NCBI GenBank assembly: GCA_951406725.2
Contig: OX597829.1
Coordinates: 33,046,001-33,110,000 of the forward strand
DNA from: Octopus vulgaris
Taxonomy: Eukaryota
DNA: 64,000 nucleotides
Reading direction: 5' to 3'
Position numbers and translations under genes: made by a program
The notes under the pieces: generated by a model
Databases searched by the model: none
What the model saw: the letters and a program-made list of their open reading frames with translations, nothing else
What the model was told of the DNA's origin: nothing
In this document: one piece after another, positions 12,045 to 25,433 of the stretch
How positions within the stretch are numbered: position 1 is the stretch's first letter
Layout: each line of letters opens with the position of its first letter

Positions 12045-12474
12045 GTAAGTTTATTGTAATACATTAATTGTTGTTATTAACATTATTATCGTTGTTGTTT
12101 TGCGATTGCTATGTATTTAATGTGTTTCACTTAACGTCGCTCATGCCCTTGGAAAATGCATGATCATCACAACTTCACATGTTCCCTCCCACACACATCA
12201 CCTTACAAATCTTCGTCTCTTATGATATATAAAATGTTGTTTTTTTCGTTTGGAGAGATCATTTGGTAGTGAAAGGAGCTACCCTTGACCCTTTTCTCTC
12301 TCTCTCTCTCTCTTCTCTCAGTCACCTCAATGCCGACCTCATGTTTTTATAATTTACCTATTTTTAAAAAAAAAAAAAAAGAAAAAGATTCTCAGCTGTT
12401 AATGTACAAAAGCCAAGCAAAGAAATAGAGAGATGTTTGTACAAATACACACTTACAAACATACATACATACAA

Positions 12475-12611
<137 letters not shown>

Positions 12612-12644
12612 AATGGTTTTAAGCAGTGTCGAGTTTTACAATTA

Positions 12645-12796
12645 TGTAAATAATAATAGTATTTTATAAGCTTAAGGCTTTAGGCTTTTTTTTTTCTGTC
12701 GAGGGCTTGTATGCCCTATTATTAGACTATTTTCTTTAGTCATTGCCCGATGATCGCCATAAGCCTTAAGCTTATAAAATATTATTATTATTTACA
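12645..12796. repeat. ~36-bp near-perfect inverted repeat
   Basis: TGTAAATAATAATAGTATTTTATAAGCTTAAGGCTT vs AAGCCTTAAGCTTATAAAATATTATTATTATTTACA. Confidence 0.6.
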
Positions 12797-14464
12797 GTGT
12801 TTGTGTGTGTGTGAATACATTCCTACAGTAACCACGCTACCGTCGATCTTGTTTCTGTTTATATACGCCGCTTCGTCCTAAGGTCAAATTCCAGGACAAC
12901 AGATTTACCTCATGTTGACTCATACCAGTTGATTGTTTAGCCTTCGGATAACATGTGATTGGGTAGACAACATCTGTTATCAAAAGCATTCCAGTTGTGA
13001 CCCTCATATCTGTTTGTATATCACGATTTACTGTCGTTTAATGTGTCCTTCCGTGGTTTTTAAGACGGCGGGTCATCATTTAAGATGGTTTGGCTAATAT
13101 TTATAGCAGATCTATTAAAGGCTCCTTCGATTGCCTGCTCCCTGCCTCTCTCACTGCTTGATTTCTCACTTCAGGTACACGAAGGGAGTATTGTTAACCT
13201 CAATATATTATCTTTAATTATATTATCAAACCCTGCAGTGGATTTGAACTGGAAACATGCTCATAAATGTCACTAGCTCAGTTTCGGTCTGAACAGACCC
13301 GTGATCTTATCTTTCTTTGTAGAGCATACTCCAAAACAGAGCAGTAATACTTCGAAGGTTGTTTGTTGTGGCCGACCAGAGAATGACCATTACTTTTGTA
13401 CCTATACAGTTAAGCGCTTTATAGGTGCGAAACCAATAGTCACTCTCTGACCGGCCATAACAAACAACGAAGTATATATATATATATATTCACTAAAACC
13501 AAAACAAAGGCCGTTATATTTATTTGTATATGTAAACACATCTTTCCAGTAAAACCTTAAGCAGCCATACGCATACAATGAAGAAGTGGCATTCATTCGG
13601 TTCTAGCAAGCAGACTTGTCAAAAATCACAACTGTTTTGTGTCTTGCGCGTGTTACGTAACATTCAATGTCTTTACGCGATCACGGCTAAACTTTACAAA
13701 GAATTTAATACCGGTGAATTCTGTGTTCTGTTGTACAGAATAGTAGGGGGTGGGTACCAGCAATCAAATAAAAGTACTTTGTAATTCGACCGGCTTCACT
13801 TCAGTAACCAAATATTCCGCTACAGACTTCTTTCTTTATGAATCTGTGAAGGAAGTTCCATGGATCTCAATGTGGTAGTCAAATCTCTAACAACAGACGC
13901 TTTACAAAAGATAGGGTATGTTTTATGCATCGGAGAATCAACATGAATGCGATCTCTAAACAAAGACCAAATGAAAACTTCCATGTTCGACAATGTGATT
14001 TTAGGGCAGTTTGGTTTCTATTTCTAGCTGGTGAAGTGACAACATAGAGCAGTGCTTCTCAAACTTGATTGCATGAAACAATTCTGGTATTCCATCAAAT
14101 AAAATGTCTATTAATAGAATTTAATCATTTATTTTATATAGAAATATGCTATTTACTTCCCACTGTAGCCCTGAGATGACCAAAATCTTATGAGTGGGTT
14201 TAGTAGTTGGAAACTGAAAAGTAAGCCTGTGTGTGTATGTGCGTCATTGACCTAACATCATGGGATAGTTTGTAAACAAATGTCATTGTCATACAAGCAG
14301 TGTTATTTATTTCCACATGTCTGGTCATAAGGAAATATCTTGCTTGGAAACAAACCTGGGCTAGCAACAGGAAGGATATCCGACAGTAGAAAAATGTGCT
14401 TCAGCAAGTTCCATCTGACCCATGCTAACATGGAAAAAATAGGTGTTAAAATTATTATATATAC

Positions 14465-14842
14465 TCTATACTCAGTCATTTGACTGTCGCCATGCTGGAG
14501 CACCACCTTTAGTCGAGCTAATCAACCTCAGGGACTTATTCTTTGTAAGCCTAGTACTTATTCTATCTTTTGCCAAACTGCTAAGTTACAGGGATGTAAA
14601 CATACCAACATCAGTTGTCAAGCGATGTTGGGGGGACAAACACAGACACACAAACATATACACACACATACATATATACGACAGGCTTCTTTCAGTTTCC
14701 GTCTGCCAAATCCACTCACAAGACTTTGGTCGGCTCAAGGCTATAGTAAAAGACACTTGCCCAAGGTGCCATGCAGTGGGACTGAACCCGGAACCATGTG
14801 GTTGGTTAGCAAGCTACTTACCACACAGCCACTCCTATGCCT
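14465..14842 (-). mobile_element. tRNA-derived SINE, family A
   Basis: Minus-strand head GGCATAGGAGTGGCTGTGTGGTAAG..GGTTCAGTCCC (A/B boxes); central TTGTGAGTGGATTTGG.AGACGGAAACTGAAAGAAGCC; tail GGTGCTCCAGCATGG..CAGTCAAATGACTGA. Near-identical copies elsewhere in the window. Confidence 0.85.
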
Positions 14843-16839
14843 ATAGATATGTATATATAAATAATTCCTCTCTGAAAATGTTTTGTTTTATTAGAATTAG
14901 GGTGGTAAGGACTTGTCCATAAACCATGGACTCTAGGATTTTGGAAAATCAGCAACATATGACGAAAATGTTTTGGTTATTAGTATAGAGTCTCAATTGT
15001 TGACTCATTACTTATTCACAGACTAGATATGTATTCCAGAAGTTGATGACCAAAAACTATAAATTTATATCTCACAAGCAAATTTATCTCAAAGCATTCT
15101 TTATAATTGAATTAGATTTTTTTTTTTCATTTTTCCTAATTTCTGTAAAGTGGTTCCTGCATAAAATCACAAAGAATTTGTGGAGAGTGTTCAATGAATC
15201 ACCTCCAATACTTTACTGATATTTTTTCAGGGTTGTTGGTGTTGTTTCATTTGTCTTTTTCCCCCCTTGAGAAATTCAAATGGCTTTGAGCTTGATTTTT
15301 ATGCCTTGGAAGGATAAAAGTCCAAATGAATTTAACAGGATTTGGTATTACAAAGATATGTGACTATATATAACAAAAAATTTTAAATTGCTGGTATGTT
15401 AATAGTAATTTGTTTATTTTCTATATTTTACTATATGAATTTAAACAATATGGCTGTAATATATGGTTTTGTGAATAAAAAAAAAATGGAACAGCTACAC
15501 ATATCATGTATGTAACTGTTTACACCCATCCTACAATTATATTGTAAGATAAGTGTGAAAGGCTGGATCTGGCTGGTTTGAACTTAAAACAGGTAGAATA
15601 TTTAACCTGATATGGCTGATTTCAATGCTAAAGAGTTACTACTCAAACTAGCTGCCAAAAAAATGTTATAAATATAACTTGGTCTAACCAGTTTACATAA
15701 GCCTTTAATAAACGTGGGTTTTTGTTTTAGGCAACTTATAAGTTACTTGGTTACCTCACATTTCATAAAGTAGTTAGCATTAGGAAGGATATCCAGCTAT
15801 GGCACCATGGCAGAGCAGATATTGAAACTCAACACAGTCCTCCAACTGTCAAACTGTCCAACCCATAACCAGCATGATAGACAGATATCAAATGATGTCG
15901 AAGATAATGATGATGATGGGAGACAGTTAAAGAGGATATACAATTAGTACTGAAATCATAATCATCATTATATCATTCAATGTCTATGTTCAATGCTGAT
16001 ATGAGTGGACAGTTTGATGGGATTTGATGGACCCAAGGACTACATCATATTCCACTGTCTACACAGGTATAGTTTCTCTGGCTAGACCCTCTTCCTGACA
16101 GTAATCACTAGGTGCTTTTCTCATGCCACTGGCACTACTCAGCTCATAAACCCCCAAAACCTGAAGTAGGATGGAGCTTTAGACTAGGAGATGAGAAATT
16201 AATGGACAAGAGAAGCAAGGGAACAAATTCCTGTTACAGAGAAGCTACATGGCTGCTCACTTTTAGAACAGAGATGGTCTGAATGATCAGTTGGGTCTGC
16301 AGCAGATGACTCCTCGAGGTACATGGTAAATAGATGTGAGTGGGGACCAAGGAACTAGGAGTATGGATGGATGGATGGGGGGGGGTCTAATGGATGGAGG
16401 AATGTGAGAGGGAAGGTATGCTACAAACTGTAAAGATTGGTGTGGAGAAGGTGGAGTGATGTAGAAGAGAGTATGCAGAGCATCAAGAGGATAGTAATGA
16501 TAAAATGTTTGACAAGGAGAGAGAGGTAGACGTAGGGCATTAGGAGACATAACTTGGTGCTTAAATGGGGAAGTGAGCTATGTTATATGTGGGTGTAGAG
16601 AACAATAATTAATAAATGAAAAATAACTATCAAGGAAAATAGTTTCAGGTAGTAAGAAAAGTGAAATGATACCAAGGGTGAGCTGTAGTGATGGGTAAAA
16701 TCACAACAAAAAATTGAAGCATGGAGACCTGACCTTGGGGATCAACTGCAGATGTGGTCTGGTGGCCAGGGTCATATACTCCATATAAAAACCTCTCTGA
16801 CATCACTACTTTATCTCCTGGAAGACAAAGCTCTGCATC

Positions 16840-17330
16840 TACAATGCATCAGCCCTTTCCATTCATTTCTATGGAACAGAAACATGGCCCTCTTGAAGAC
16901 CCTAGTAAAGAGGATGAACAGCTTCAATAGCAGAGCCCTGAGAACCATCAAGAACATTTGTTGGTACCTTCATGTTTCCAATAAAGAACTACATGAACAC
17001 ACACATCAACTTGCAGCCTCCCGCTTCATTGCTATCCATTGCATGCACCAGTACATATCCTCTGTTTCCCACTAGATCATCCTACAAGAGCTTTACTCTC
17101 ATTCAACTCAACAGCTATGGGCTGGAAGAGGCCTCATAGCAGACCCTGCACCAGATGGCTGAGCATGATAAAGGAAGATCTCCAGAGGCTCGACATCACC
17201 TTGGAAGATGCAGAGAGGCTGGCATGGGACTGCCAGCAGTGGAGAGCCCTGATGAACCTATCAGCTCTATGCACAATGACATCTCTCAGACCACTAATCT
17301 GGGATGACCCCTAGCTTCATCAAGTAAGAG
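16840..17330 (+). mobile_element. RTE-like LINE 3' fragment
   Basis: ORFs 16752..17075 and 17039..17314 give RMNSFNSRALRTIKNICWYLHVSNKEL and WKRPHSRPCTRWLSMIKEDL..L...DAERLA.D..QWR, typical of the RTE ORF C-terminus. Confidence 0.6.
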
Positions 17331-18140
17331 CATGAAACAAGCCACATGTAAGCATGTATATAACAGTTTCATAGTTTTTCTATCTACTAAAATATATATT
17401 TGATTGCATTCATTATGACATACAGAGTTGGCTAAAAAGAAAATAGATACATTCAGTAGTGCAGTATTGCAAACAAAGGATTTTGTTTCTCATTCTAATT
17501 AATCTAGCATTCAGACCAGTGATAATGATCACTTCTTCACCTAGCACCTTGAAATATTTATTTAATGAGAAACTGCATAAAGTTGCCTTCCAACCTCTTC
17601 TAGCATAAAACCACATTTCTTTTTCAATAACCCCACTTGATCAAAGAGGATCTTAACCTTGCAAGCTACAGGGTAACCTTATTGCTGCTGGTGTCATGGA
17701 AAAGTGCCCAGTACACACAGTAGAGTGGTTGACATTCAAAAGGGCATCAAATCATAGATGTGATGTCAAAGCAGACATTGGAGCACATTGGAGACATGTC
17801 AAACTGTTCCAGCTTAATGATCCTGTTATTGAATGTCACTTACTTATATGCATGTATTGTAAGTAGATTTTGTTTCAAAGCCTATCAAACCCCATGGCAT
17901 GTTATTGCTGACACATATATCGTAAGTTCACCAGTATTGGTCTATAAACATAACATGAAAGAGCTCAGAAATATAATAATGCAACAAAAGGAACACCAGA
18001 AGAAACTAACTAACAAAGTATCAAATATGATGGCAGTCTGATTTACCTCAAGTCATATCCTGTTCTCTTAGAAAAAATGATGAAGGAAGAACAACACATT
18101 GAGTAATATATTACTTCGATGGAGGACAGTAAAGCCACAA

Positions 18141-18167
18141 CTAACCCTAACCCTAACCCTAACCCTA
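18141..18167 (-). repeat. Short interstitial telomere-type repeat, (TTAGGG)4
   Basis: CTAACCCTAACCCTAACCCTAACCCTA on the plus strand. Confidence 0.7.
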
Positions 18168-19384
18168 TCAGATAAGAGCTAAACTGGGGTTAAATAACAA
18201 CAACAAGGTGAAAGAACTTTTGCTTTATTGTCAGAGATGCAAGATAATTAAGTACAAAGACTGTCTTCAAAAGATCTAACTACTAACAAATTAAGTGTGT
18301 ATAACAATATCTGTTTTATTTGTCCCTCTAGGGTTCAATAAAATGAAGTACCAGTCAAGTACTGGAGGTTTGATTTCATCAAACCCTGCTATCACCACCA
18401 ACAAAAAGAAATTAGTGGCATTATACTTGCCTTAGTCGTCAATATTGTTTGTATTTATATATCCTAGAAACAACTATTGAAAGAGATTGTATCTCTGTAT
18501 GTTTGTATTATGTGTGTGTGTGTATGTATATACACACACACACAGAGGCACACACAAGAGAATTGTATAGATAAAAAGCTGTTGGTTGAAGGTATTTCTG
18601 ATTATTAATCTTACTTCCCCTATTTAAAGTGTACCTCAAACAATTTTTAAACACACATTGACAAAATATGTGACAACTATATCTGTGTACTTGTGTAAGA
18701 AGGGCAATGTGTAAAGAGATAAATGTTATTACTGATCAACCTATTTTTTAAAAAATGTTTTTTGTTTTAATTTGTCTGTGTTTTTTTTGGGGGGGAGGGG
18801 GGGTTCTACTCACTTTATAAGTTTAGTGAAAAAGTAATTCTGAAGTTTGCTACAAAATGACTTGTTTTTATATTTAAAAAAAGTGGGGGTGTAGTTGAAG
18901 CTAAATGGTTCTGGATACCATATTGAAAATTTATTCCCAAGAAATCAAATATTATGTTTGTACCCTTAAAAAAAGAAATTCAGCTGCCACTCAGAAGAAT
19001 GCTTAAGATCTAAAGAGGTTACATTACCATACAAAATGCCAGGCTTGGTATTCATATCTCTATACTGACAGTTATCAAAGCAAACAATTTCTCTGGATTC
19101 GATGCAAAGCAATTATGTTATGTTGTACAAAGTGACAGTGGTAGTGATTCTTGTTATTACTGCTTGATCCTCCTATTCTGTATCAATCTTGATTAAACAA
19201 ACTTTTGATCCAAATTTTTTCAGCTCTAAAAAGCTCATTTTTTTGTGGGTGTCTGGGACTATATTATCTAATGTGTATCTTTCCTTATGTAACCTTTTAG
19301 CATTTAAATGGGCCGTATTTGACCCAAATATTCAACTTGTTTTATGTTCAAACTTGTCAGATCCAGCGTCTCACACCTACCCTA

Positions 19385-19746
19385 CTCTTTTACTTGTTTC
19401 AGTTATTTGACTGCGGTCATGCTGGAGCACCACCTTTAGTCAAGCAACTCGACCCCAGGACTTATTCTTTGTAAGCCTAGTACTTATTCTATTGGTCTCT
19501 TTTGCTGAACCACTAAGTTACGAGGACGTAAACACACAACCATCAGTTGTCAAGCGATGTTGGGGGGACAAACACACACATATATACGATGGACTTCTTT
19601 CAGTTTCCGTCTACCAAATCCACTCAAGGCTCTGGTCGGCCCGAGGCTATAGTAGAAGACACTTGCCCAAGGTGCCAGAACAAGGTGGACTGAACCCAGA
19701 ACCATGTGGTTGGTAAGCAAGCTACTTACCACACAGCCACTCCTGC
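19385..19746 (-). mobile_element. tRNA-derived SINE, family A
   Basis: Same head, core and tail as 14465-14842. Confidence 0.85.
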
Positions 19747-19861
19747 AATTAGAAAAAAATCATTACATTGAACCTTGAAGCTACAAGATAGTGCAAGATT
19801 AAGTATCCCTTTTTTTAAGATGGTAGGGTGTGAATTGAGGTTAATCAATGTCCTGTAGTGT

Positions 19862-19904
<43 letters not shown>

Positions 19905-19906
<2 letters not shown>

Positions 19907-21422
19907 CATCATCATCATCATTTAGCGTCCGTTTTCCATGCTAGCATGGGTTGGACGGTTCAACTGGGGTCTGTAAAGCTGGAAGGCTTCATCAGGCCCA
20001 GTCAGATCTGACAGTGTTTCTACGGCTGGATGCCCTTCCTAACGCCAACCACTCCGTGAGTGTAGTGGGTGCTTTTTACGTGCCACCCGCACAGGTGCCA
20101 GACAGAGCTGGCAAACGGCCACGAACGGATGGTGCTTTTATGTGTCACCGGCACGGGGGCCAGGCGAGGCTGGCAACGGACACGAACGGATGGTGCTTTT
20201 ACGTGCCACCAACACGGGGGCCAGACAGAGTTGGCAAACGGCCACGAAACGGATGGTGCTTTTACGTGTATATATATATATATATATATATATCATCATC
20301 ATCATCATCATCGTTTAACGTCTGCTTTCCGCGCTAGCACGGGTTGGACGGTTTGACCGGGTCTGGGAAGCCAGGGGCCGCTCCAGGCTCCAGTCTGAAT
20401 CTGGCAGAGTTTCTACGGCTGGATGCCCTTCCTAACGCCAACCACTCCGTGAGTGGATTGGGTGCTTTTTACGTGCCACCTGCACAGGGGCCGGAGGGTC
20501 CGGCATCGTCACGATCGGTTCGAGCATTTTAACGTGTCAGCGGCACGGGGGCAACGAGGTCCGGGGTACTTTGGGGATCGGGGTACTTTGGGGATCCAGA
20601 GGTCCGGGGTAGGGGATCGGGGTACTTTGGGGATCCAGGGTACTTTGGGGATCCGGGGTACTTAGAATGGGTAGGGGGTATGTGGAATTGCTGCAGAAAG
20701 CAGCCCGGGTCTTTGTAGTCACAGCATATCTCCAGAGATCTCGGTCCTTCGCCATTGCCTCAGTGAGGCCCAATGCTCTGAGGTCATGCTTGACCACCTC
20801 ATCCCATGTCTTCCTGGGTCTACCTCTCCCCCTGATACCTTCAACTGTTTGGGAGTGGCACTTCTTCACACATCTCTCTTCATCCATCCGCAGCACATGA
20901 CCATACCATCGCAAGCGTCGCTCTTGCACACCACATCTGATGCTTCTTATATCCAGCATTTCTCTCAGGATACTTACACTCTGTTTTGCGTGCACACTGA
21001 CACTACACATCCAGCGGATCATGCTAGCTTCATTTCTTTCAAGTCTACGCATGTCTTCTGCAGTCACAGCCCATGTTTCATTACCGTGAAGCATGGCAGT
21101 TCGCACACATGCATCATACAATCTACCTTTTGCTCTGAGGGAGAGACCTTTTGTTGCCAGTAGGGGTAGGAGCTTTCTGAACTTTGCCCAGGCTATTCGT
21201 ATTCTAGTGGTGATACTCTCTGTGCATCCACCTCCGCTACTAACTTGGTCTCCCAGGTAGCGGAAACTATCAACTACTTCTAGTTTCTCTCCCTGGAGTG
21301 TGATGGAATCTGTTTTCTGAGTGTCTGTTGTGTCTATTGTCCCTGTGCATCTGCCGCACATGAAAGCTATCTTATCTGTTAATTTCCCTTTAATGTTGCT
21401 GCACCTCTTATGTGTCCATAAC
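19905..21422 (-). mobile_element. 5'-truncated RTE-clade LINE with 3' UTR and (TGA)n tail, plus a second 3'-UTR copy
   Basis: ORF 20537..21532: EVVDSFRYLG, RIRIAWAKFRKL, KGRLYDACVRTAMLHGNETW, RLRWYGHVLR, RGRGRPRKTW. 3' UTR motif GGTTGGCGTTAGGAAGGGCATCCAGCCGTAGAAA occurs twice. (TGA)n tails at ~20293 and ~19906. Confidence 0.9.
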
Positions 21423-22745
21423 TTATATATATATATATATATATATGAATTTCTTGATCCTGAGATTTTTACAAAATGCATATAGTCTAGTTTAAATGTC
21501 ATAAAAATGTAAACTGTTACACAAATTATCATTTAACATCTCTTTTTTCCATACTGGCCAAGGTTGGATGGTTCGACAAGAGCTGGCAAGCTGGAGAGCT
21601 GCACCAGGCTCCAGTCTGATTTGGCTTTGTTTCTACAGCTTCCTAACGCCAGTCACATTACAGAGTGTGCTGGTTGCTTCTATGAGGCACTGGCACAGGA
21701 CTCTTGCAGGCCAATCCTCTCCACCAGGGGAGCAGCCCTAACACTTCTACTGTGGAGGAGAGGTGGATAAAATTTGCTGATACGAAATCAACATCATTGG
21801 TGTACATTGTGAATGTGGTGTTTTTAAACTGTTAGTATGTCCTTTCACCTGCAAAGATAGGTTGAATATAGTTAAGTTGATTACATATGTTTCCACTTAT
21901 ATTTACAAGATTTATTTCCTAATTGAATTATTTATAAGTAAATAATAAATTTATTATTAATAAATATCACTGAATTCTAATTCACTTCTTGAGATGTTAA
22001 CCACCTTTAAACTTGAAAATTGAAGGTAGAAAATGTCCAGAGATATTTTATTTGATAAAACACAAAAAATAAACTCAGTATACAGGAAGTTTTGTGACAT
22101 GAATTTCTTTCTTATATGTGATTAAATTTTGTTTCTTGCATCAGTTTTTGGCCCTCAGGTAGCAATACTGTTTGAATTGCAATTTCATTTGGTTTAGTAC
22201 TTGGCAAAAGGTATGCCAAGATCTGCAGCTTTAAACTTTGAGTGAAGGCTGTTATTTCTAGCCAATCAAGCAGCCACGTTGAGGCTTGTTGTGATAAAAT
22301 GTTTTCAGCTGAGTGGGGAGAGGGAGTTTCAGAAAATTCATATAAATCAGCTTTGTTTCCTCATAGTTTTTGGGAAAAGGGGTATTTTTCAATGAAAATT
22401 TCAACAAATACCTTTCAGAGTGCATAAATAACAATTGTATTGGAATTTAGTACAGAAACAAAAATTGGTGGGATAACACACATACATATTAACATACGTC
22501 TCATTTTTTTCCGAAAACTTTATTTCACGAAAATTTCTTATATAATTGGAATCTACACTATCTGAAGCATATTTGTAAAAAAAAAATTTCATTAAAAAAT
22601 ATCCACTTTTCTATGAGGAAAGAAATTCGTTGGGGCACATATGTGTAGGTATGTTGCAGCTAACTGCAGCCGGTTACTGTGTATCATTGTGCATGCATTA
22701 CCAGAAATCCGTAATAAACAAGTATTACTTTCAAACTATAATCGT

Positions 22746-22803
<58 letters not shown>

Positions 22804-22847
22804 TATTCTTTCGTTATACATTGCAGTACAAACAATATTCAGTAATT

Positions 22848-23260
22848 TACTCGTTTACTTGTTTCAGTTATTTGACTGTGACCATGCTGGAGCACCGCCT
22901 TTAGTCGAGCAAATCGACCCCCAGTACTTATTCTTTGTAAGCCTAGTTCTTATTTTATCGGTCTGTTTTGCTGAACCTCTGAGTTACGGGGAGGTAAACA
23001 CACCAGCATCGGTTGTCAAGCGATGTTGGGGGAATAAACACAGACACACAAACATACACACACACACACATATACATATACATACATACATATATACGAC
23101 GGGCTTCTTTCATTTTCTGTGTACCAAATCCACTCACAAGGCTTTGGTCAGCCCGAGGCTATAGTAGAAGACACTTGCCCAAGGTGCTACGCAGTGGGAC
23201 TGAACCCGGAACCATGTGGTTGGTAAGCAAGTTATTTACCACACCGCCACTCCTATGCCT
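22848..23260 (-). mobile_element. tRNA-derived SINE, family A
   Basis: Same head, core and tail as 14465-14842, with an internal (CA)/(TA) tract. Confidence 0.85.
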
Positions 23261-23268
23261 ACTTTTAA

Positions 23269-23774
23269 TTTCTTTTTGTGGGTGGAAATGTACATTACCT
23301 TCGATCTCACAATAAAGTGAAACAGAAATTTGACAGGGAGGTGTGTATATGTCGATGGGAGCTGCGAGACAGAAAGTGTGTCTGTGACAGAAAGAGAGAG
23401 AGAGAGAGAGAAGTGTGTCCGTGTGTGTGTGAGGGAAAGAGTAACAGCTTACATTTTTTTAATTTATTTTTCCTCGCATCTTTTTTAGTGTGAGTGATTG
23501 ACTGAGAGAGAGAGAGGTGTGTTGTCGGAAAGAGAGAGAGCGTAAATTTTATTTACTTTTTCTTGCAGCTTTTTTAGTGTGTACACACACACACACACAC
23601 AGCAACACACATCTCTTATTTCTTTCTCTCTCACTCTCTCAGACAAAAACGAAAAAAAAAAAAGATACGTGAAAAAGTAAATAAAATTTATACTCTCTCT
23701 TTCTGACAACAGTCAATCACACACACACTCAAACAAGATGCGAGGAAAAATAAATTTTAAAATGTATGCTGTTA

Positions 23775-23808
<34 letters not shown>

Positions 23809-23919
23809 ACACACACTTTCTGTCTTGCACACCCACCCTAGACGTACGTCCCTGTCAAATTTCTGTTTCACTTTATCGTGAGATCAAATGAAATGTACGT
23901 TTCCACCCACAAAAAGAAA
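23269..23919. mobile_element. ~650-bp palindromic foldback element (MITE-like)
   Basis: TTTCTTTTTGTGGGTGGAAATGTACATT...GATCTCACAATAAAGTGAAACAGAAATTTGACAGGG mirrors CCCTGTCAAATTTCTGTTTCACTTTATCGTGAGATC...AATGTACGTTTCCACCCACAAAAAGAAA. Inner arms also mirror each other. Confidence 0.85.
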
Positions 23920-24153
23920 GAAATAAAAAATTTTTACGGAAATTACCAAAAGCTGTTTAATGTTTGACGTATTTTCAACACACAACGAAAGAATACCGTA
24001 TGGGGTATATATAGTACGAAGTTTTGGCAGTGAATAGGTCGCGGTTTCAAAGCAATGAAAATGTTTTGACACAAATTGAATGTAAATGCTAAAGTGAATC
24101 TAAGTTTTTTGTGTGTTCTTAAATAGCTTATAAACACCTTCCGCGCACCTTCC

Positions 24154-24910
<757 letters not shown>

Positions 24911-24997
24911 AGTTGTGTACAGAAATTTGGGGTGAGTACTTGATAATTGTAAGCACCTGTATATACCGTTTGGTGGTGTAGGTGGTGGAGTAAATTA

Positions 24998-25285
24998 ATC
25001 AAAATAAAAACATGATGCCAAGGATTCAGCGGTACATATGTTTCGGGCCTTTATTAGACGGATTTATAACAATGCATAATGTGTGTCTGTGGCCTTCTTC
25101 AGCCGCGCACAACTGCTTCCACAAGGACATGTATTACATCAAAAATTCTTGGTTGGGGATGCAAATCCTCTCATTCGCGTACGACATAATGCGGCAACAG
25201 CATAAAAATGAAGCGTCCATCTCGTTCTTCTAAGGCCCGAAACATATGTACCGCTGAATTCTTGGCATCATGTTTTTATTTTGAT
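24998..25285 (-). mobile_element. Short Penelope-like element with ~54-bp inverted termini
   Basis: ATCAAAATAAAAACATGATGCCAAGGATTCAGCGGTACATATGTTTCGGGCCTT (24998-25051) is mirrored at 25232-25285 with one mismatch. Contains a hammerhead motif. Confidence 0.7.
25029..25106 (-). ncRNA. Candidate minimal type I hammerhead ribozyme
   Basis: Minus strand: GCGG-CUGAAGA-AGGCC...GGCCC-GAAAC-AUAU-GUA-CCGC. Stem I GCGG/CCGC, stem II GGCC/GGCC with an A.C closing mismatch, palindromic stem III ACAUAUGU. Confidence 0.7.
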
Positions 25286-25300
25286 ATATATATGTATGTA

Positions 25301-25393
<93 letters not shown>

Positions 25394-25400
25394 GTATGTA

Positions 25401-25433
<33 letters not shown>

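Noticed and set aside
14443-14922. 159-aa ORF and similar ORFs at 19492, 22859 and 23013 that look like a gene family
   Set aside because: Antisense readings of SINE A copies.
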